This document shows, piece after piece, positions 11,451-23,264 of a stretch of 64,000 nucleotides of DNA (position 1 is its first letter; each line of letters starts with the position of its first letter). Under the pieces are notes generated by a model that did not search any database, was not told where the DNA came from, and worked only from the letters and a program-made list of their open reading frames with translations. The position numbers and the translations under genes were made by a program. Source of the DNA: Chiloscyllium plagiosum (taxonomy: Eukaryota); the NCBI RefSeq assembly GCF_004010195.1, contig NC_057749.1:6903416-6967415 (forward strand), given 5' to 3'.

Positions 11451-12559
11451 TTGTTTCCTTCGACCAATGTTGACTCTGCCACTGACCATTGGCACAATCC
11501 TTCTTCTTGCCCTTTTAGAGGGTAGATCTGAACATCAAGGTAAATGCCCATGGAGACAGAGGGAAATGGGATGTCAACTTAAACTCAGTCAAACCACTGC
11601 TCTAACAAGACACGCATGACTTAATTGCAATAGGAAGCTATCTTATTGCTAAAGAAAGGAAAGATTTTCAGCCCATAAATTGCCTTGTAACAGAGTTACA
11701 CTCAAATGGGATAGTGTCGGGCATTATTTGTGCTATTATAATTCAGCATCTCCAAGAAAACACACATCACTCAATTTGAGTCTGCGACAAACAGAGTGAA
11801 AATTCACCTCAGTGCCGACAGTCCATTGTTTATTATCTTCAAGTCAGATGCAACTATCAGAGTTCATTCTCGACTGTGTCCACTAAACCTCAGGTCTAGT
11901 AAAAGAAGGATTATGTCTGCCTTCCCTTGATTAACTGAGAAAGGAGAAAACAGCGATGGGACAAGAAAAACCAGTCAGTCTTTTTATGGCTTCCCATGAA
12001 GTGAGAGGCTGGAAGCTCATATTTTTTAATTCGCCCGAGGGAGGTGGGCATCATTGCTGGGACAGCATTTATTTTCTATCCTTAGTTGCCCTTGAGAAGG
12101 TGGTGATGAGCTGCTTTCTTGTCGTGCTACTGTTGACACACACACACTTAGGGGGAGCTGAATGAAACAGAAAGGTCTGATTGTGTGTGACCCGTAAGAA
12201 CAGGTCCTTCACTCCAACCTTGGAGATTGATCAGGGTGGTCAGTCCAGAAAGCTGCCTCAGTGTGATCAGGCACAGCCTTGAGATTACAAGCCGAGAGGA
12301 AGTTTGAAAAGGACAGCAATGTAATTATAAACCAATTAAATTGATCAAAAACAGGCACCCAGCATCAGGAAAGGGTACAAATGAACCTTACAGAGAAAAA
12401 AAAAACATTTGTTGCTGCAGTTTGTCAGCTATTCAGAAGATGCTATTCGATATCTGTCAATAGACTGACCATCTGAGATGGACCCTGGCTTCTAAACAAA
12501 TGATTATCATTGTGGGTGTGTCTTACTGTTTAGTAATTTGAGAAAAGTTTTGCTTTTAT

Positions 12560-12790
12560 ACACTGAATGTGGGCGTTTATCAGTGTTGATTGCCTGTCCC
12601 TAACTGCCCCTTGAACTGATTGGCTTGCTGGTGGCTATTTCAGAGGGCAGTTAAAAGTCAACCATATTGCTGTGGGTTTTGGAGGTCACATTTGAGCCAG
12701 ACCAGATAAGGATGGTCTCCCCTAAGGGACATGAGTGAACCAGATGAGTTATACGACAATCCTACAGTGGTTACGTGGTCACTATTAGAT
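12560..12790 (-). mobile_element. tRNA-derived SINE family B fragment
   Basis: Reverse match to the 54897-55263 element (tttcagagggcagttaaaagtcaaccatattgctgtggg, gtgaaccagatg). Confidence 0.7.
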
Positions 12791-12804
12791 GAGCTTTTTA
12801 AGAA

Positions 12805-13205
12805 CAAAGAACAATACCGCATGGGAACAGGCCATTCTGCCCTCCAAGTCACATTTTGCCCTTCCATCCTAAAACTATCTTCACTTACAGCATCCATTTC
12901 CCTTCCTATTCATGTATTTGTCCAGGTGCTTCCCGAATGCTGCTATTGTACCTGCTTCCACCACCTCCTCTGGCAGCACATTCCAGGCACTCACCACCCT
13001 TTGTGTGAAAAACACTCCTCGCACATCTCTTTTAAACATCCCCACTCACACCTTAAACCTGTGTCCCATAGAAATTGCCCCCTCTACCCTGGGAAAAAGC
13101 CTCATACTTTCCACTCTATCCATGCCATTGACAATCATATAAACTTCTATCAGGTCACCCCTCAACCTCCTGCGCTCCAGTGAAAACAAACCCAGTCTAT
13201 CCCAG
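12805..13205 (-). mobile_element. CR1 LINE 3' fragment
   Basis: RLGLFSLERRRLRGDLIEVY..GMDRV..RFKV motif (ORF 13046..13231-). Confidence 0.9.
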
Positions 13206-14210
13206 ATTTTCATTGCTTCAAATTTCAACACCTGCCCCGGGGAGGTATTTGAAAGTCTTACCCCAAAGCCTAGATGCTAGTTCAGCAACAATCCCACTGG
13301 GCTGCCAACTGCGTTTAACATGTACCACATTTCGGGGATCAGCATCCAAGTCGTTTCGTGTCATTGATACCTGGGCCAGGAGCATTGGACTAAATAACGG
13401 AAGTTACACAGTGCCTCATCACAAATCCTCTCTCAGGACTTTTAAAGGATCTGTTTGCCTTGTTCGCTTTGCAAACCTCATGTGTAAGTTTTATCCTCTC
13501 TGAGACACCCACTCTCCTTTCCTGTTTCGTGGCAACAGTGCAGTGCAGAGCAACAGAAGGCTCACAGGTTTAAAAGTGTTGCCACATTGGTGGGGGGGTC
13601 CTGGCAGGTTATGTTCTTCAAACAGTCCAACATTTCGGCCACTAGAGTCTGTTTGAGCTGCAGCAGATGCTAAATCTGTTACACTGCAAGCTGTTGCAAT
13701 TTATTCCCTCCGCCTTTTTTTTAAGCGTATAATTAGAGTTTAAAAATGTCCTGGGATAGACATGACTGGTATAACAATACTTGGAGTAGAAAAGGGCACA
13801 GCATCTATTAGGCTGAGTAAATAACCAGTATAAACTAGTTCTTGGTCTGAAACGAGGGCCTGTGACATTGCAAAGGAATTGTTGGCTTCTGGCTCAGGGT
13901 TCCAGTGAAGGTGTCTCCATTTACCAAGGGCATTGTTAAAAGTCTCATCCATATTTCCAAATCTCGTAACAGCTTTTTCACCTCTCCCTGTCCTGGGAAC
14001 GTCTACCAATCGCATCCTCACACAAAGTTGCCTTTTCCTCGCCAACGTTTGTGGAAACTAATTGAAAAACGCCATCTTCTTTCATCGGGCCTTTCAGGAG
14101 GTGAAATGAAATCTACAAATATTAGGCTTATTGAAGTTCAAAATGCTGTATAGTTACCTTTCTTTTCATATTGGCTGCAGTTAAAGGTACAGCAACCTTT
14201 TACCTATTTA

Positions 14211-14370
14211 CAGAGGACCCTCGATTATCCTGCATTTGATTATCCAAATGTCAGATTATCCTGACCAGTTCGCAAGGTCCCAATGCTTGGCCAAACTATG
14301 ATTATCCAGCTTTTGATTAACTGAATGAAATACTCCCCACCCTGGCGTGCAGATAATCGAGGTTCCTCTG
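14211..14370. mobile_element. pogo/Tigger-like MITE
   Basis: TIRs cagaggaccctcgattatc / gataatcgaggttcctctg, flanked by TA on both sides; internal gattatcc repeats. Confidence 0.85.
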
Positions 14371-14734
14371 TATTAGTTCATCTTCTGCACAGCTTATCAA
14401 CCGAGAGATTTCTTGTTCTGGAAGAAGGGTGACTGAAAGTGAACCATAAATGCTGTTCTTTGTCCACCAGTGCTGCCAGACCTGCCAGACCTGCTGATTC
14501 ACAGGCAGATTCTGATTTCCAGCATCTACAGTTCTTTGACTTACTGTGTGTGATGCCACAAATTTGGAAAGCAGTATACGTTTGGCAGAAAGCCTGTTAG
14601 CTCCCAATGTTCGGATGTATCTTTCACCAACCCCTGTCATTGCTGCAATCAGCATGTAAAGGCTAAAATGTCACAGACAGCATGGCCAAGGGTTTGAAAT
14701 AACTATAAAGACCGGTATCCCATCACCGTACACT

Positions 14735-15055
14735 TATGCCCTCTAGTTCTGGACTCTCTCCCACCCCAGAGAAAAGACCCTGTCAATTTACCCTATCTAT
14801 GCCCCTCATGATTTTATAAACAGATATAAGGTCACCCCTCAGCTTCCGACGCTCCAGGGAAAGCAGCCCCAGATTATTCAGCCTCTCCCTATAGCTCAGA
14901 CCTTCCAACCATGGTAACGTCCTTGTAAATCTTTTCTGAACCCTTTCAAGTTTCACAGCATCCTTCCTATAGGAGGGAGACCACACAATATTCCAAAAGT
15001 GGCCGAACCAACGTCCTGTACAGCCACAACATGACCTCCCAACTCCCAACTCCCA
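14735..15055 (-). mobile_element. HER1/CR1 ORF2 fragment
   Basis: WSPSYRKDAVKLERVQKRFTR..LGLLSLERRKLRGDLI motif. Confidence 0.9.
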
Positions 15056-15543
15056 ACTATTCATTTATCACACTGTAGAAGATAAATAAAAAAACAATAT
15101 TTGCAATTTTATAGCTTTTTAGAATGACCCAAAACAGTACATGAAGTTCCTTTACCTTTGAAGGGTGGTCACGGCTATAAGTTGGGAAATGTGATTGCCA
15201 ATTTGCGCTCTCTGATAATGCGATAAGACCAGCCTGTTGCTTTGTATCAAAATAAATATTGACCAAGTCACCAGGATGTGGAGAGAGGGTGAAATATTTG
15301 CTCCTTACAAAGTGAAGCAAAATTGCGGAGCTGCTTGTGAAAAAGATACTTGTGACTTGGCTACATCAATACCTAATTTTTCTAACACTGCAATCCAAGA
15401 GCAGATTGTCACTCACCAGAGAACGTGTCGAGAATGTCGAATTTATTTTATAGTCTATTGCCTCCAATATCCCCCTCCCAACTGCATGTATGTCCCAAGT
15501 ATGAAAGCGGGAAGAGTGTGTAAAATAACTGAATGCTTAATTC

Positions 15544-15848
15544 CTAGTGGTTAGCACTGCTGCCTCACAGCACCAGGGTCCCAGGTTCGATTCCAGCCTT
15601 GGGTGACCGTCTGTGTGGAGTTTGCACGTTCTCTCCGTGTCTGCATGGGTTTCCTCCGGGTGCTCCGGTTTCCTCCCACAGTCCAAAGATGTGCAGGTCA
15701 GGTGAATTGGCCGTGCTAAATTGCCCATAGTGTTAGGTGCATTAGTCAGAGGGAAATGGGTCTGGGTGGGTTACTCTTCGGAGGGTCAGTGTGGACTTGT
15801 TGGGCTGAAGGACCTGTTTCCACACTGTAGGGAACCTAGTCTAATCCA
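15544..15848 (+). mobile_element. HE1-type SINE
   Basis: agtggttagcactgctgcc head, B-box ggttcgattcc, full V domain and tail. Confidence 0.9.
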
Positions 15849-16011
15849 AAATGTAAGATTTTGCATAGGAAGTCACACATTACTAATATTAACAAAATTA
15901 ACTGTTTCTTTGTCACTTCCAGGAGAATCTAAATTTTGACTTTGCTTGAAGTATTAATGTCTTTAACTGGCCAGTTTTCTCAGATTGTCTGACCATTACG
16001 TGGTGAGTTTC

Positions 16012-16780
16012 TGAAAACAAAAATGCTGAAAATCACGGCGGGTCAGGCAGCAGCCATGGAGAGACAGCAAGCTAACGTTTCGAGTCGAGATGACTCTTCA
16101 CTAGAACGGACATGGAGTGTAGAGGGGGCAGCATTTACAAGATAGTGGGAGTGCTGGGGGAGAGAGGATGTTGATAGCTCAGGTTAAGTGATCAGATGTG
16201 AGAATGGCAGAACAATGGTGTGTCTAACCTCCAGACTGGAAAGAGCACTGGGTTGGCGGGACAGACAAGAGGACATGGTGACCGAGAATGTAAGAAGCAA
16301 AGTTAGAGGAAAGGGAAGGAATGGGATCACAATCTGAAGGTGCTGAACTCAATATTAAGATTGGAAGGCTGTATAGTGCCAGGTCTGAAGACGAGATGTT
16401 GCTGGTCCAGTTTACGCTGTGATTTACTGGAACACTGCAGCATGACGAGGACAGACACGTGGGCATTTGAACAGGATGCTGTGGTAAGATGGCCGGACGG
16501 GAAGATCAGGGCCATGCTTGCTCATGGACTGGAGGTATTCCGCAAAGCGGTCATCCAGTCTGTGTTTGGTTTCTCCAATGTAGAGTAGGCCACATTGGGT
16601 GCAGTGAGTACAATACACAAGACTAGAGGGGGTACAGGTGAAATGCTGCTTCACCTGTTTAGGCCCTGGGAAGGTGAGCAGGGGGGAGGTGAAGGGACAG
16701 ATGTTGCACCTTCTGCGGTTAAATGGGAAAGTGCCATGGGAAGGGAGGGGAGTGGTGTTGTCGGTTAAAAAAATGGGAGT
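16012..16780 (-). mobile_element. Penelope-like element 3' fragment: GIY-YIG endonuclease remnant plus pseudo-LTR with hammerhead motif
   Basis: ORF 16424..17008(-) CNIC...HFTCTPSSLVYCTHCTQCGLLYIGETKHRLDDRFAE; minus-strand ctagtgaagagtcatctcgactcgaaacgttagc at ~16071-16108. Confidence 0.85.
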
Positions 16781-16964
16781 TTCATTATCTCTGATGTTTT
16801 CTGATGTGATTTGGACAGGGTAAGGGGTGCACCAGGCACTCCACACATCCTGCGATGATTTTCTTTGCAAATAGGAGCCTACATTGTGTACTTGAGTTAA
16901 AATCGAATGGCTGCCTAATTTATATATGTGCTCAACATGTTGCAGGGTAAGTTTAACGGCTGTG

Positions 16965-17138
16965 CTCATGACTGGATATTCAATTCCTCTATCGGCTGAG
17001 GCTACCATGAAGGACTCTCCTTCTCAACCTCTCCCCTCATCTGAGGTGTGGTGACCCTCAGGCTAAAGCATGATCAGTTGCCTCTGTCTAATGAGAGAGC
17101 AGCCCAATGGTCTGGTCGACTACAGTGACTTTACCTTT
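16965..17138 (+). mobile_element. tRNA-derived SINE family C
   Basis: ggctgaggctaccatgaaggactctccttctcaacc..ctgaggtgtggtgaccctcagg; same motif at ~24400, 31800, 41950 and 49060. Confidence 0.75.
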
Positions 17139-17956
17139 AAGTCTCTCCCAGCGTTAAAGGATGGAAAGATTGCCAATGTATCTATTTCAAATTTGAAGTC
17201 CATCATTTCATGATTTACATCAGCAGATGCTTAGATTATGAATGTATCATTTGCATTATGTTTTAATATTTAGTGCACTTCTACACTGGCTTCTGGGTCA
17301 GATGATACGAAGAGCTGTCATGAAATGGCAGAAGGATCACTACCCCAGTATCATAGAAACTGACAGTTTCCACCCCACTGCCCTTACAAATGCACTAGGA
17401 ATTCACGATACGGTATCTATCAAAAATCCTAAAATGGAAAATGTATCGATTAATCACACCAAAGCTGTTCTGTGACAAATTGAGCGACTGAATACGTGTC
17501 CCCCTGCTAAAAGGCAGATAAAGCATTGTCTGGACTTTAGAAATCTCTCCAATCACCCTTCCCATTGTCGCTATCTTTCACCATAATCACATGAAAGTAA
17601 ATGTCTGAGGGAGTTGAGGACAAAGATACCAATCCACAAGAAGATATACAACAAATGACTCTGAGACAGCCCAATCCCTGAGAATTTAATGAACTTAACT
17701 GGCAACATATGATTTATGAATGGTAATACAAAATGCACTGTGAAATAGATCTTTCATTTTTAACTATGTAAATTAAGGAGACCTGCCTTTTGCAACACAT
17801 TGTAATTATTGATATACTTAAATATTTGTCATGATCCAATTTTTCCATTAGTTTATAATTTAATGTTATTTTAATAGTTGTCTATAACTGTGCTATGAGC
17901 TATGATTGCTTGTGTTATTTTTATCAAACTGAATTGGGCACCTACCACTCTGACAT

Positions 17957-17986
17957 TTTGTCTCTCTCTGTCTGTCTCTGTGTCCG

Positions 17987-18025
<39 letters not shown>

Positions 18026-18085
18026 TTCTGTCTCTCTGTCTCTGTCACTCTGTGTCTCTGTGTATCTCTGTCTCTGTGTCTCCAT
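17957..18085. repeat. Compound (TC)n/(TCTG)n microsatellite
   Basis: Directly visible. Confidence 0.95.
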
Positions 18086-19075
18086 CTAAACCTATATATA
18101 ACTGTCTATATATATAAATATATAGATATGTCTTTTTCTATCTAGTTATCTACTTATATGTCTATCTCTACAATTAATTGTTTGTAGTAGACTATTACAC
18201 TGGCTCTAGCTATAGTTAATAATTTCCCTTTTTGCTGCAGCAATTGGGTGTAGCACCTCTGATGCTAACTCTGTACTTTGTATTGCCATCTTTGTCAAAT
18301 GGTATCAATAGTGCCAGTAGATATAGCAAGTGGAAGGCAAGGTGTTGTTGAGGCTGGAATTATCTCTTGTATAACATATGGTTTGCTTTCCCACCTGCAA
18401 TCTGTGTGATTCTCCATCTCCATATGAAAAAGTATATCATCGAGAAAAGCAGTTTATCAGAATACGTAAATTTGTATTTATGCCCTGCACTCGCTATTTT
18501 GTTGACCTTAATTTAAGAAGATAAAAATCTTGTGCAAGAAAAAGCCTATCAAGCTCATTTCATTCACTGCCCGTGTATGAAAGCCTTAGTTTCATGTATT
18601 TCTCCATATCTGACTGACACATCCAGTTAACCCTCCTCTGATGCTGACCCATCTGACACTGATTCTTTTCTCCCTGTCCTGGCGGGAAATAATAAACATG
18701 TTAGCACTAGTCTCATCCTTCCCCTCACAAATGAATCATGCGAACATAGGAAATAAAAGCAGGAGCAGGCCCTTCAGCCCATTGAGCTTGTTCTGCTAGT
18801 CAAACACATCCTGGCTGATCATCAATCTCGACCATTTTTACCCTACTTTCCCCATATTGCTTGATGTCATTGGTATCCATAAATCCAGTGATTTTTATCT
18901 GAAAAACAAACTGAATAGAACTTTTCTTTCTGCCTTTGGAGGCAATGGTATCAATTGTGCCAATAGATATAGCAAGTAGAAGGCAAAGTGTTGTTGAGTC
19001 CAGTATCATAACTCACATCACAGTTATAGACAACCATTAAAATAACATTAAGTATAAAATAATGGAAGAATTGGG

Positions 19076-19149
19076 TAATGACAAATATTTAAGCATATTA
19101 ATAATTGCAATGCGTTGCAATTATTAATATGCATGAATATTTGTCATTA
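19076..19149. repeat. AT-rich inverted repeat: 35-bp arms, 4-nt loop
   Basis: taatgacaaatatttaagcatattaataattgcaa-tgcg-ttgcaattattaatatgcatgaatatttgtcatta; 33 of 35 positions complementary. Confidence 0.95.
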
Positions 19150-19185
19150 GCCGATGTGTCGCAAAAGGCAGGTCTCCTTATTTTG

Positions 19186-19350
19186 GTGAAAGTGAGGACT
19201 GCAGATTAGAGTCTGGAGTGTGGTGCTGGAAAAGCACAGCTGGTCAAGCAGCATCCAAGGAGCAGGAGAGTCGACATTTCAGGCAAAAGCCCTTTATCAG
19301 GGCTTTCATCCTGAATAATGGCTTTTGCCTGAAACGTTGACTCTCCTGAG
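19186..19350. mobile_element. Inverted PLE pseudo-LTR pair (family 1), degenerate
   Basis: Minus arm ..gacatttcaggcaaaagccctttatcagg, followed by plus arm ctgaataatggcttttgcctgaaacgttgactctcc. Confidence 0.7.
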
Positions 19351-19383
19351 AAGACTTGGAGTCTTTGTGCCCATGAAGGGATA

Positions 19384-19699
19384 CACAGCACCATGGCTCA
19401 GTGGTTAGCACTGCTGCCTTACAGCACCAGGGTCCCAGGTTCAATTCCAGCCTCGGGCTACTGTCCGTGTGGAGTTTGCACATTCTCCCTGTGTCTGCGT
19501 GGGTTTCCTTCGGGTGCTCCGGTTTCCTCCCACAGTCCAAAGATGTGCAGGTTAGGTGAATTGGCCATGCTAAATTGCCCATAGTGTTAGGTGCATTAGT
19601 TAGAGGGAAATGGGGCTGGGCGGGTTACTCTTCGGAGGGTTGGTGTGGACTTGTTGGGCCGAAGGGCCTGCTTCCTCACTGTAGGGAATCTAGTCTAAT
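19384..19699 (+). mobile_element. HE1-type SINE
   Basis: A-box tggctcagtgg, B-box ggttcaattcc, V domain, tail. Confidence 0.92.
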
Positions 19700-20299
19700 A
19701 AGGCAAACAGTGGCAGATATTTCAGTCAGGAGAGATGAGAACACAAGGCTGATCATGTGTGAAAAGCTTACAAACTGAATTCACTTACCCCAAAAGCATT
19801 TCGGATCTGCAAATCATGACCGGCAAACTGACTTTGAGCCAAGGCTCGGAAATTACTTTAACTCAGAGTTCGTCAGTTGCTCGCACAGAGAAATCTCAAA
19901 GGGCATAAGAAAGGAACTGAATTAGCTGGGTGGATCACGTGGAGGGCAATGCCATTACAGATGGTTCTGTAGAACTGTCACATATACAACATAACGCCAC
20001 TGGTATAGGCGGACACTTGCTCCAGACTGCTCTTATGGGTTAAGCTGATTCTATGGAGAAAGGTCGGGCTAATCAGTAAAATTACCATGAAAGCAAAAAA
20101 GGCTGTGTGAGAGGTTAGAGATAGGGCTGTTGTCCAATGACTTTTCTTCGGCCCTGACAAAAATAAAATTAACGTGAATAGCTTCACCAAAACATTGTAC
20201 GTATTGAATTGTGAGAATAACACAGTTGAACACATAGGATTAGATGAGACAAATGGGAGAGATGCATTGAAAGGGAAACCAGACAAACCAGGGAGAAAG

Positions 20300-20535
20300 G
20301 ACAATGGACAATAGATAATAGGCAGGAGTAGGCCATTCTGCCCTTCGAGCCAGCACCACCATTCATTATGATCATGGATGATCATCCTCAATCAGTATCC
20401 TGTTCCTGCCTTATCCCCATAACCCTTGATTCCACTATCCTTAAGAGTTCTATCAGAGAGTTTTTAATTGGTTATGGAATCAAGGGTAATGAGGATAAGA
20501 CAGGAAAGTGGAGTTGAGGATAATCAGATCAATCC
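20300..20535. mobile_element. Two CR1 3'UTR fragments in inverted orientation
   Basis: ccttatccccataacccttgattcc mirrored by ggaatcaagggtaatgaggataag. Confidence 0.6.
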
Positions 20536-20589
20536 ACAGATGGACTGTGGGGTGAAAGATAGCAGAATAGATTTGGCTCCGCCTGGGCC

Positions 20590-21560
20590 AAATGAACCAA
20601 AAACAGAAATTGCTGGAGAAACTCACCAAGTCAGGCAATATCTGAAGACAGAGAAACAGAGTTAGTGTTTCAGGTCTAGATTAGATTAGATTCTCTACAA
20701 TGTGGAAACAGGCCCTTCAGCCCAACAAGTCCACACTGACCCTCCGAAGAGCAACCCACCCAGACCCATTCCCCTACATTTGCTCCGACTAATGTACCTA
20801 ACACTATGGGTAATTTAGCATGTCCAATTCACCTGACCTGTACATCTTTGGACTGTGGGAGAAAACCCACGCAGACACAGGGAGAATGTGCAAACTCCAA
20901 ACAGACAGTTGCCCGAGGCAGGATTTGAACCTGGGCCCCTGGCGCTGTGAGGCAGCAGTGCTAACCACTGAGCCACTGTGCCACCCAAAGATACTCTTCT
21001 TCAGCAGGGAAAAGATTGGTATATATGCTGAAGATGGGGTGGGGGAAGGGAGGAGAAGTTAGCAATAGGTGGAGATGAAGTCTGGAGAGAGAGAACAACA
21101 GTTGGACAGGCACAGGAATGGGTAACGGTCAGCCTGGGAGAATGAATAGATGCTAATGGAGTCCATTGTGGTTGACAATGGATTGGTTGTGGTAGCAGCT
21201 CATGTGGTGACAAGGTCTGGTCTGTGGAGGTGGAGGCAAGGACTTGGGAGAAAGTTCCATTGTGAACTACTAATGGTCCCCATTAGCAGTTATCGATTCT
21301 CTCAGGCTGACCTTTACCCATTCCTTTCTCTGCCTGTTTGTCTCTTTCTCTCTCTGGGCTCATCTCCACCTAACATTTACTCGTCCCCTTTTCCCCCAAT
21401 TCACCTTCAACATATAATTCACACCAACCTTTTCCCAGCCACAATGAATAAGGGTCACTGGATCGGAAATACTAACCTTGTTTCTCTTTCCATGTTTGCT
21501 GCCAGACTTATTGCATTTCTCCAATTTCCATTTTCAGACTCCCAGCATCTGCAGTTCTTA
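20590..21560. mobile_element. Larger inverted PLE 3'UTR/pseudo-LTR structure, left arm split by an HE1
   Basis: 21020-21180 is an approximate reverse complement of 21258-21417; both arms run outward into pseudo-LTR tails (tgccagac..ctccaatttc..cagcatctgcag). Confidence 0.65.
20677..20986 (-). mobile_element. HE1-type SINE
   Basis: Reverse complement of a full HE1 including the (atcta)n tail. Confidence 0.92.
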
Positions 21561-22019
21561 CTCCCTTACAGTCAGGTCAAATGGCCTGTTCCTGCTATAT
21601 TAATAATTCTCTATAACAGTGTCCATCCTGCACATCATGTCCCCTTAGTCTAGGACTGCACATGCTAGAAATGAAATTACAAAAGAGATAACGGTAAATA
21701 TACTCTTAGAAGAAGCGAATCACACTCACAAAGAGATAACATTTGAAACTGTAATATCTCAGAATGCCAGATTATGGTGTTGGATTGTAGTGTGACACCT
21801 TTCACTGAAATATCTTCATTTTTCACAACAGTTCATGTGAAGGTAACACAGTGCCAGATCAGCAGGAAAAACCAGCTTTGCGGCTAGTTCCAGTCATAGG
21901 TAGCCTGCTGAGTTACTGATGCGACCTGACATCACTAACTTACATTTAAAATCCAGGAATAATTTATCATTAGTCATATAGAACATTACATCAGGGACAC
22001 TTAGACCATAACTCATAGA

Positions 22020-22760
22020 AGCAGACACATATTCCCCTCCCTTTCCTTGTCTTCCTTCCACAGATACCATTCCCTCTGGGACACACTGGTCCACTCCTCC
22101 TTCACTCCCAAACCTCCCACACCTCCCCCTTCCACCACCCCCGGGCCCACAGCACCTTCCCCTGCAATTGGTGTAACACCTGCCCATTTACCTCCTCCCT
22201 CCTCAGTAACCGAAGGCCAGGTGAAGAAACACTTTATTTGCACTTTTCAACAATCTCGCCAACTGCATTCGCTGCTCACAATGTGGTCTCCTCTACACTG
22301 GGGAAAAATGAAGCATGGACTGGGTGACCAATTCGCAGAACACCCACATTCTGCCCACAAGAAAGACCCTGAGCTTCCAGTTACCTGCCACTTCAACACC
22401 CCACCCTGTTGCCTGGCCAACGTCTCTATTCTGGCCCTGCTGCAGTGTTCCAGCGAAGCCCAGTGCACGCTGGAAGAACAACACCTTATTTTCTGCATGT
22501 GTTCTCGACAGCTTTTTAGACTCAATATTAGGGTCAACAATTTTAAGGCTTGGGTTTTTCCCATGTCCTCACCCTGACCCCCACACTCCAGGCTTTGTTA
22601 TCACCTCGTCTGCTATTACTCACTACCCATTGTTACCCAAATGTTCTGAGGAAGGGTCACCGGACCCGAAATGTAGACTCTGGTTTCTTTCCACAGAGGC
22701 TGCCAGACCTGCTGAGCTTTTCCAGCAATTTCTGTTTCTGTTTCTGGTTTGCAGTTCTTT
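22020..22760 (+). mobile_element. Penelope-like element 3' fragment: frameshifted GIY-YIG remnant plus hammerhead-bearing pseudo-LTR (family 3)
   Basis: SLWDTLVHS..QVKKHFICT..LGDQFAEH..HFNTP..EEQHLIF (ORF 22047..22577); homologous to 16012-16780. Confidence 0.85.
22643..22678 (+). ncRNA. Minimal type-I hammerhead ribozyme motif, core intact
   Basis: gtt-CTGAGGA-a-gggtc(accg)gaccc-GAAA-t-GTA-gac; stem I gtt/gac includes a U.G pair. Confidence 0.6.
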
Positions 22761-22956
22761 TGAATTTTAGATATAGGAGCAGAATTGGGCCATCGTCCTA
22801 TCAAGTCTGGTCCATCATTCGATCAAGGCTGATGTGTTTCTCAACTGCCTTCTTGCAAAGAAGTAACCAGCCTGATTACAGCGGCTCCAATAACACTCAA
22901 GAAGCTCGACATCATCCAGGGCAAAGTAGCTCCTTCCCTGCTCAATCGTCATCCTC

Positions 22957-23264
22957 GGGGCGACACAGTGGCTTAGTGGTTAGCACTACTGCCTCACAGC
23001 GTCAGGAACCCGGATCGATTCCAGCCTCAGGTGACTGTCTGTGTGGAGTTTGCACATTCTCCCTGTGTCTGCATGGGTTTTCTCTGGTTGCTCAGGTTTC
23101 CTCCCCCATACCAAAAATGTGCAGGTCAGGTGATACGGCTATGCTAAGTTGCCGATAGTGTTAGGTGCATTAGTCAGAGGGAAATGAGTCTGGGCTGGGT
23201 TACTCTCCGGAAGGTCGGTGTGGACCTGTTAGGCTGAAGGGCCTGTATCCACACTGTAGGGAAT
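22957..23264 (+). mobile_element. HE1-type SINE
   Basis: ggggcgacacagtggcttagtggttagcac head, V domain, tail. Confidence 0.9.

Noticed and set aside
16424..17008. 194-aa ORF as a functional endonuclease gene
   Set aside because: Chimeric: it starts in a SINE and unique sequence, has only a partial PLE GIY-YIG region, lacks an RT, and shifts frame at the C-terminus
22550..23158. 202-aa ORF
   Set aside because: Runs across a PLE tail, LINE scraps and an HE1 SINE; a chance read-through
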